A stretch of 61,246 nt of DNA from Planctomycetota bacterium (GTDB lineage: Bacteria; Planctomycetota; GCA-002687715; DRQF01): assembly GCA_036479435.1 (NCBI GenBank), contig JAZGFI010000145.1, positions 1 to 61,246 on the forward strand, given 5' to 3'. The translations under genes and the position numbers were made by a program. Shown piece after piece: positions 56,389 to 61,246 of the stretch (position 1 is its first letter; each line of letters begins with the position of its first letter). A model generated the notes under the pieces. The model made no database searches and was not told where the DNA came from. It worked only from the letters and a program-made list of their open reading frames with translations.

Positions 56389-57573
56389 TTAGCCCTCGTA
56401 AGCCGGGAGTCCCGTGACTTTGTGGCCGATGATGAGGGTGTGGATGTCGTGCGTTCCCTCGTAGGTCTTAACTGACTCGATGTTGCACATGTGGCGTCCG
56501 ACAACGTACTCATCGGTGATGCCGTTGGCGCCGAGCATATCGCGGGCTTCGCGAGCGATTTCTAAGGCCCAGTAGCATGCGTTGCGCTTGGCCATCGAAA
56601 CCATGCTCGGGTGCATCTCACCCGAATCTTTCAGGCGGCCCAGTTGCAAGTTCATGAGTTGTGCTTTGGTGATCTCCGTGATCATCTCCGCGAGCTTGCG
56701 TTGGTAAAGCTGGAAGCCCGCGATGGGGCGACCGAACTGAACCCGCGCCTTGCCGTATTGGAGCGCTGCGTCGTAGCAGGCCATCCCGGCCCCCACGACC
56801 CCCCAGGCGATCCCGAAGCGAGCTTGGGTGAGGCAGGAAAGCGGACCCTTCATGTCGATGTCTTCGGTCCCCGGCAAGAGGGCGCTTTTCGGCAACTTGA
56901 CGTCTTGCAGGATCAGTTCGCTGGTGACGCTGGCGCGGAGCGAGAACTTGTTTTTTTGCAGCACGGTCGAGAATCCGGGCGTGTCCGCGGGGACCAAAAA
57001 GCCCATGACCTTGCCTTGGACTTTCGCCCAGACGATGGCGACTTGGGCGATCGATCCGTTCGTAATCCACATCTTGGCGCCGTTGAGCCGCCAGTGGTCC
57101 CCTTTGTCTTCCGCGCGCGTAATCATCCCCGCCGCATGCGAGCCGAAGTCGGGTTCGGTGAGCCCAAAGCAGCCAATGGCCTTACCCTCGGCCATGCTCG
57201 GCAGCCATTCGTCTTTTTGTTCGTCGCTGCCCCAGGCGTAGATCGGATACATACACAGGGCACCCTGCACCGAGGCGAAGGATCTCAGGCCGCTGTCGCC
57301 GCGCTCGAGTTCTTGCATGACCAGGCCGTAGGCGACTGAATTCGCCCCCAAGCAGCCGTAACCCTTGAGCGTGGTCCCGAAAAAGCCCATGTCGGCCATT
57401 TCTGGGATGAGCTCGTCAGGGAAAGTCCCTTCGCGAAAGTGCCCTTCGATGACCGGCGCGACGCGATCAGAAACCCACTGACGAGTCGTGTCGCGCATCA
57501 TGCGCTCTTCTTCGCTGAGGAGCGTGTCGAGCTTCATGAAGTCCGGAGCTTTGTAGGGTTCCATGCTGGGCAT
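56389..57573 (-). CDS. gcdH: Acyl-CoA dehydrogenase, glutaryl-CoA dehydrogenase-like
   Basis: ELERGDSGLRSFASVQ, GCFGLTEPDFGS, NGAKMWITN, SLRASVT, ARFGIAWG, LGANGITDEY, TYEGTHDIH. Confidence 0.8.
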   Translation of the reverse strand: MPSMEPYKAPDFMKLDTLLSEEERMMRDTTRQWVSDRVAPVIEGHFREGTFPDELIPEMADMGFFGTTLKGYGCLGANSVAYGLVMQELERGDSGLRSFASVQGALCMYPIYAWGSDEQKDEWLPSMAEGKAIGCFGLTEPDFGSHAAGMITRAEDKGDHWRLNGAKMWITNGSIAQVAIVWAKVQGKVMGFLVPADTPGFSTVLQKNKFSLRASVTSELILQDVKLPKSALLPGTEDIDMKGPLSCLTQARFGIAWGVVGAGMACYDAALQYGKARVQFGRPIAGFQLYQRKLAEMITEITKAQLMNLQLGRLKDSGEMHPSMVSMAKRNACYWALEIAREARDMLGANGITDEYVVGRHMCNIESVKTYEGTHDIHTLIIGHKVTGLPAYEG

Positions 57574-57675
57574 CCTGTCTAAGTCCGCCGAATTTCCTGA
57601 GAGAAATTGGCGGTTTGAGATTGTTCTGGACGAAATAGTAGCAACCAGCCCGCCCCCGCAATATAGTCCGCCATC

Positions 57676-58911
57676 ATGGTGGTCAAAGTTCTTCTAAAAT
57701 CTCGTAAGGCTAAACCCTTTTGGTTCGGCGAACCCTGGGTGTTCGACGGCTCGGTTGATCGCATCAAAGGCCGGGCTCAGCTCAGCGAAGGTGCCATCGT
57801 TGAGGTCTGTGACGACCGCGGGATCGCGATCGGAAGCGGATTTTACAGCGGAAAAAGCCCGATTAGGGTTCGCATGCTCACGCGTGGAACCGAAGTAATC
57901 AGCGCGGCGTTGATCCGGCGCCGGCTCCAAGAAGCCGTCGCCCTGCGCGAAAAGCAGCTCGAACTAAGGTTGGAATCCTCGGTTTATCGCCTGGTCCACA
58001 GCGAAGGAGACGGCCTGCCCGGGCTTATCGTTGACCGCTGTGGCGATTATTTGGTGCTCAATTTCGACAATGCGGGCATTCGCGTCTTCCGCAAAGAGAT
58101 CGTCGAAACCTTGCAAACGCTCTTGCAACCAAAGGGGCAAATCGAACGTTCGTCGCGGGCAGCGCGCGACCAAGAAGGTCTGACTGTTGAAGAGGGCACC
58201 CTCGCCGGCGAGGCACCCACTGAGCCCGTTGAGGTCATTGAGTGCGGAGTTCGGTATCGAGTGGACATCCTCCACGGCCAAAAGACCGGCTTTTATTGCG
58301 ACCAACGGCTGAATCGCCAGCGGATTCGGACCTACGCCCATGGCCGCAAGGTGCTGGATGCCTTTTCGTATACCGCCGCCTTTGGCATCAACGCTCTTAA
58401 GGCCGGCGCTTTGGAAGTGCTTGCGGTCGATTCTTCCGCTCCGGCCTTGGCGGCGGCCGAGGAGAACGCGGCCCTCAACTCTGTTTCTGGCTTTAGCGTT
58501 GAGCGCGCTAACGTCTTGCGTTTTTTGGATCATGCTCGCAAAGACCCCGCGCAACGCTGGGGTCTCGTGGTGCTCGATCCGCCGAAGCTCGTGCCCAAGC
58601 GCTCGGACCTGCGGCGTGGAATGAAGCTTTATCGCGAGATCAACGCCAAGGGTATTGCCGTGGTCGAAGACGGTGGCTTCCTTGCGACCTGTTCGTGTTC
58701 AGGCTCGGTTTCGGATCACGACTTTGACGTCATGGTGGCCTCGGCCGCCGAGGCGGCTGGCCGCGGCCTGCAACTTTTGGAGAGTGGCGGTGCTGGTCCC
58801 GACCATCCTGCCCGCTTGCCGCACCTGTTGTCGCGTTACCTGAAATTCCGCGTCTATCGCGTCACCGGAACCGTCCCCACTGCGCCCACGGACCCCTTCC
58901 CTTCTCGATAA
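57676..58911 (+). CDS. rlmI: RlmI-like class I SAM-dependent rRNA (m5C) methyltransferase
   Basis: PUA-type N-terminus (PWVF), RLVHSEGDGLPGLIVD, GQKTGFYCDQR.NR, VLDAFSYT, LDPP, TCSCS, PDHP...YLK. Confidence 0.85.
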   Translation: MVVKVLLKSRKAKPFWFGEPWVFDGSVDRIKGRAQLSEGAIVEVCDDRGIAIGSGFYSGKSPIRVRMLTRGTEVISAALIRRRLQEAVALREKQLELRLESSVYRLVHSEGDGLPGLIVDRCGDYLVLNFDNAGIRVFRKEIVETLQTLLQPKGQIERSSRAARDQEGLTVEEGTLAGEAPTEPVEVIECGVRYRVDILHGQKTGFYCDQRLNRQRIRTYAHGRKVLDAFSYTAAFGINALKAGALEVLAVDSSAPALAAAEENAALNSVSGFSVERANVLRFLDHARKDPAQRWGLVVLDPPKLVPKRSDLRRGMKLYREINAKGIAVVEDGGFLATCSCSGSVSDHDFDVMVASAAEAAGRGLQLLESGGAGPDHPARLPHLLSRYLKFRVYRVTGTVPTAPTDPFPSR

Positions 58912-58954
58912 AACGACATTGATAGTGGGGGCAGAGTCACAATGGCGCGCAGCC

Positions 58955-60406
58955 TTAGCGCTTTGGCGTGGCTGGAACGCGCCGTCGCGGCCGTCGCTCT
59001 AAGCCAATCGTGCCCGTGAGATGCTCGTCGCTCTGCGGGCGGTAAAGGGAGACCTTTAGCCGTGACTGGCGGTTGCTAACGGCGCGCGAAATGACGGCCA
59101 TCGCCTGCCTGCGGTCGCGGATCGCGAAACCACCCAGCTGATATAAGTGATCGCCTTTGGCCAAGCCGATTTTTTCGGCGGCTGAGCCCGGCGCAATCCG
59201 GGTCACCGTAACGCCACCTTCAACTCTGGCCCTCGCGCCTTCGCGGGCGCTCAGGGATCGAAACTCGAATCCGATCCATGCAAAAGCGGCTCGGTCGTTT
59301 TGGGTTGGCGGGCTCATCAGCAATTTTACTTGAGCGTATTGCGTCCGTCCTTGGCGTCGGTAATCAACGCGAAAAGTCTGCCCGACTTTGGCTTCGTCGA
59401 TCCGAGTTTGAAAGTCAATCCAGTCGCGGATGCGCACGCCGTCAATGGCCGCGATGATATCGCCGCGCAGCATGCCGGCGCGGGCGCTAGGGCTTCCCGC
59501 TTCGATGCGATTGACGATGGCGCCGATGTTCTCTTTGTGGTGGTCGACTTCGATTCCAGTCCAGGCGTCCTTGACCACCCTTGAGTCCAAAAGCCGGTAC
59601 ACAACTTCGCGCAAGCGACTGACGGGAATGGCGAAACCAATCCCCGGGCCGCGGCTATGAATCGCGACGTTAATACCGATGAGCCGACCGTTGATGTTCA
59701 AAAGCGGTCCGCCGGAGTTTCCGGGGTTAATCACGGCGCTCGTCTGTAGGAAGTCCTCGAACATTTTCTTGCCGCGAAACTCGACCGATCGGTTGCGAGC
59801 GCTGACGATCCCCGTGGTGACGGAGCCTTCGAGTCCAAAGGGATTGCCCATCGCGATCGCCGGTTCACCGAGCATCACGTCATGGCTCGCGGCTAAGGCA
59901 ATGGTGGGGAAGGGGCCTGCGCCCTCTATTTTCAAGATGGCGATGTCGTTGTCGGAATCGCGACCGACCACGCGCGCTTTGAGGTTGCGGCCGTCGGCAA
60001 GCTTCACTTCGATGATGTCGGCTTGCCGGATGACATGGTCGTTGGTCACGACGTAGCCTTTGGCGCTGATGATCACTCCGGAACCAAGCGAGTGGTCTTT
60101 CAGGGTCTTTCGCGTGTTGCGGCGGCGATCTCCGAAATCGAAAAATGCGTCAAGGGGGTGCCGCCCCGAGCGTCGGGCCAAGCGCTTGGTGCGAATATCA
60201 ACCACGGTGGGCAGGGCCCGCTCGACGGCCACTACCACGGGAGTCCGGCGTCGTGCGCGTTCCACCGCGGTCTCGTCTTGCCGTCCAGCGGAGGCGGCGC
60301 TCGCGGGGTTGACCGCAAGCCCTAGGGCTTGAGACGAAACTTGTCCCCAGCTAAGTAGCAACATGATTGAGAGGATGGTTCGCGAGGCAGTCATGACGAA
60401 TTCCAT
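58955..60406 (-). CDS. HtrA/DegQ-like serine protease with two PDZ domains
   Basis: Signal peptide, LGSGVII, TNDHV, DIAILKI, GNPFGL..SVT.GIVSA, INPGNSGGPL, GIGFAIP, two PDZ (GSP.A.AG / GS.A.KIGL). Confidence 0.9.
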   Translation of the reverse strand: MEFVMTASRTILSIMLLLSWGQVSSQALGLAVNPASAASAGRQDETAVERARRRTPVVVAVERALPTVVDIRTKRLARRSGRHPLDAFFDFGDRRRNTRKTLKDHSLGSGVIISAKGYVVTNDHVIRQADIIEVKLADGRNLKARVVGRDSDNDIAILKIEGAGPFPTIALAASHDVMLGEPAIAMGNPFGLEGSVTTGIVSARNRSVEFRGKKMFEDFLQTSAVINPGNSGGPLLNINGRLIGINVAIHSRGPGIGFAIPVSRLREVVYRLLDSRVVKDAWTGIEVDHHKENIGAIVNRIEAGSPSARAGMLRGDIIAAIDGVRIRDWIDFQTRIDEAKVGQTFRVDYRRQGRTQYAQVKLLMSPPTQNDRAAFAWIGFEFRSLSAREGARARVEGGVTVTRIAPGSAAEKIGLAKGDHLYQLGGFAIRDRRQAMAVISRAVSNRQSRLKVSLYRPQSDEHLTGTIGLERRPRRRVPATPKR

Positions 60407-60543
60407 TCTTTTTGATTTGCCGCAGCTAAGGATCGAGATCCGCGCTGGCGCAGCGTTTGCTGGGGAAACATTGTCTCCTGCGGTACTCGCTGGATAACAT
60501 TCGCGCTGAATCTGTCACCATGAGCCTGCGAGTTATGACGACT

Positions 60544-61246
60544 ATGTCTCTTCCAAACTCCGAAAAACCCCGCTTCGGCTCGACTTCGACGCTGGTCTTG
60601 GTCTTTTTACTGTGTGCGGTCGCTTGGGCTTGCCAAAAGCCAAGCGAGGAGCCCTCGAAGCCGGATATCGCCGCCCAAAAAGATCGGCAGGAGCGCTCCG
60701 CGCGCGCCAACCGCCTGCTGATTGAAGCCAAGATGGCAGAACCAGCGGACAAGCCGCTTCGGCTGGGCGATGTCGCACGGGTGTATGGCGACCTTCCGGC
60801 TGGCGCTCAGGCCTTGGTGACGCTCACCGACTGGTATCTACGTCAGCGACCGCCCCAAGTTGGGGCGGCGTGGCAAGAAATCAGACAATTTGCCGAACGC
60901 GATCAATTGCCGGTTGAGCTGGTGACTTCCTATTCTTGCCTCACCCAGTTTGTTCACGACCCCAAGCGCCTTGAAAATCTTAGCCCCGAGCAGATGACCG
61001 AGTACGAGTTAGTCCAAAAAAAGGCGCTCAAGGCCTGGATCACAGCGGCGGATGCGGCGGCCGAGTCCGAACCCTGGGCCAAAGAGTTCGCTGCGATCTT
61101 GGATCGTGGGTCGGCTCATCTTTACGCGAAAAACTGGGCGCGAGCCGATGATATCTGGGCCGCGGCCGACCCCTTGTCTGACCCCATCAGCGTTTCGCAG
61201 AAAGTGTCTTTGCTGATCAGTCGCGCCGATATGTGGCGCCAACGTG
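60544..61246 (+). CDS. Partial hypothetical lipoprotein (helical/TPR-like), runs off the window end
   Basis: Open frame from ATG 60544 (alternatively 60520/60535): MSLPNSEKPRFGSTSTLVLVFLLCAVAWAC-QKPSEE..., with no stop before 61246. Not listed in the ORF track. Confidence 0.7.
   Translation, partial: MSLPNSEKPRFGSTSTLVLVFLLCAVAWACQKPSEEPSKPDIAAQKDRQERSARANRLLIEAKMAEPADKPLRLGDVARVYGDLPAGAQALVTLTDWYLRQRPPQVGAAWQEIRQFAERDQLPVELVTSYSCLTQFVHDPKRLENLSPEQMTEYELVQKKALKAWITAADAAAESEPWAKEFAAILDRGSAHLYAKNWARADDIWAAADPLSDPISVSQKVSLLISRADMWRQR

Overview
GC-rich bacterial chromosomal segment. The repertoire suggests Planctomycetota or a similar envelope-rich lineage (inference only): CRTAC1/ASPIC-UnbV, DUF1573, GYF_2, FHA-GAF-sigma54 activator and many lipoproteins. 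About 33 intact CDS were called, including housekeeping genes (mutS, pcrA/uvrD, acpS, lptF/lptG, rlmD-like, rlmI-like, asnB, pruA, rocF, larE, gcdH-like, moeB-like, degQ-like). Four less ordinary elements stand out. (1) The window opens with the 3' end (domains V and VI) of a group II intron. It abuts the centre of a GTCWGAC-core repeat family with a 28-bp period, which recurs 18 kb away and also truncates a decayed SBBP/DUF7948 gene. (2) There is a complete sigma54 promoter architecture (UAS-like palindrome, IHF-like site, -24/-12 box) directly downstream of an FHA-GAF-AAA+ activator. It would drive FHA-TM-CAP, FHA-TM, lptF and lptG, a candidate phosphothreonine-controlled envelope system. 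(3) A 3188-aa lipoprotein carries about 22 Ig-like repeats and lactonase-type beta-propellers. (4) A tandem pair of glycine-rich surface lipoprotein paralogues: one has its own sigma54 box, the other is shortened by in-frame microhomology deletions. No tRNA, rRNA or CRISPR array was seen. All calls are from visual motif recognition; no database searches were run.
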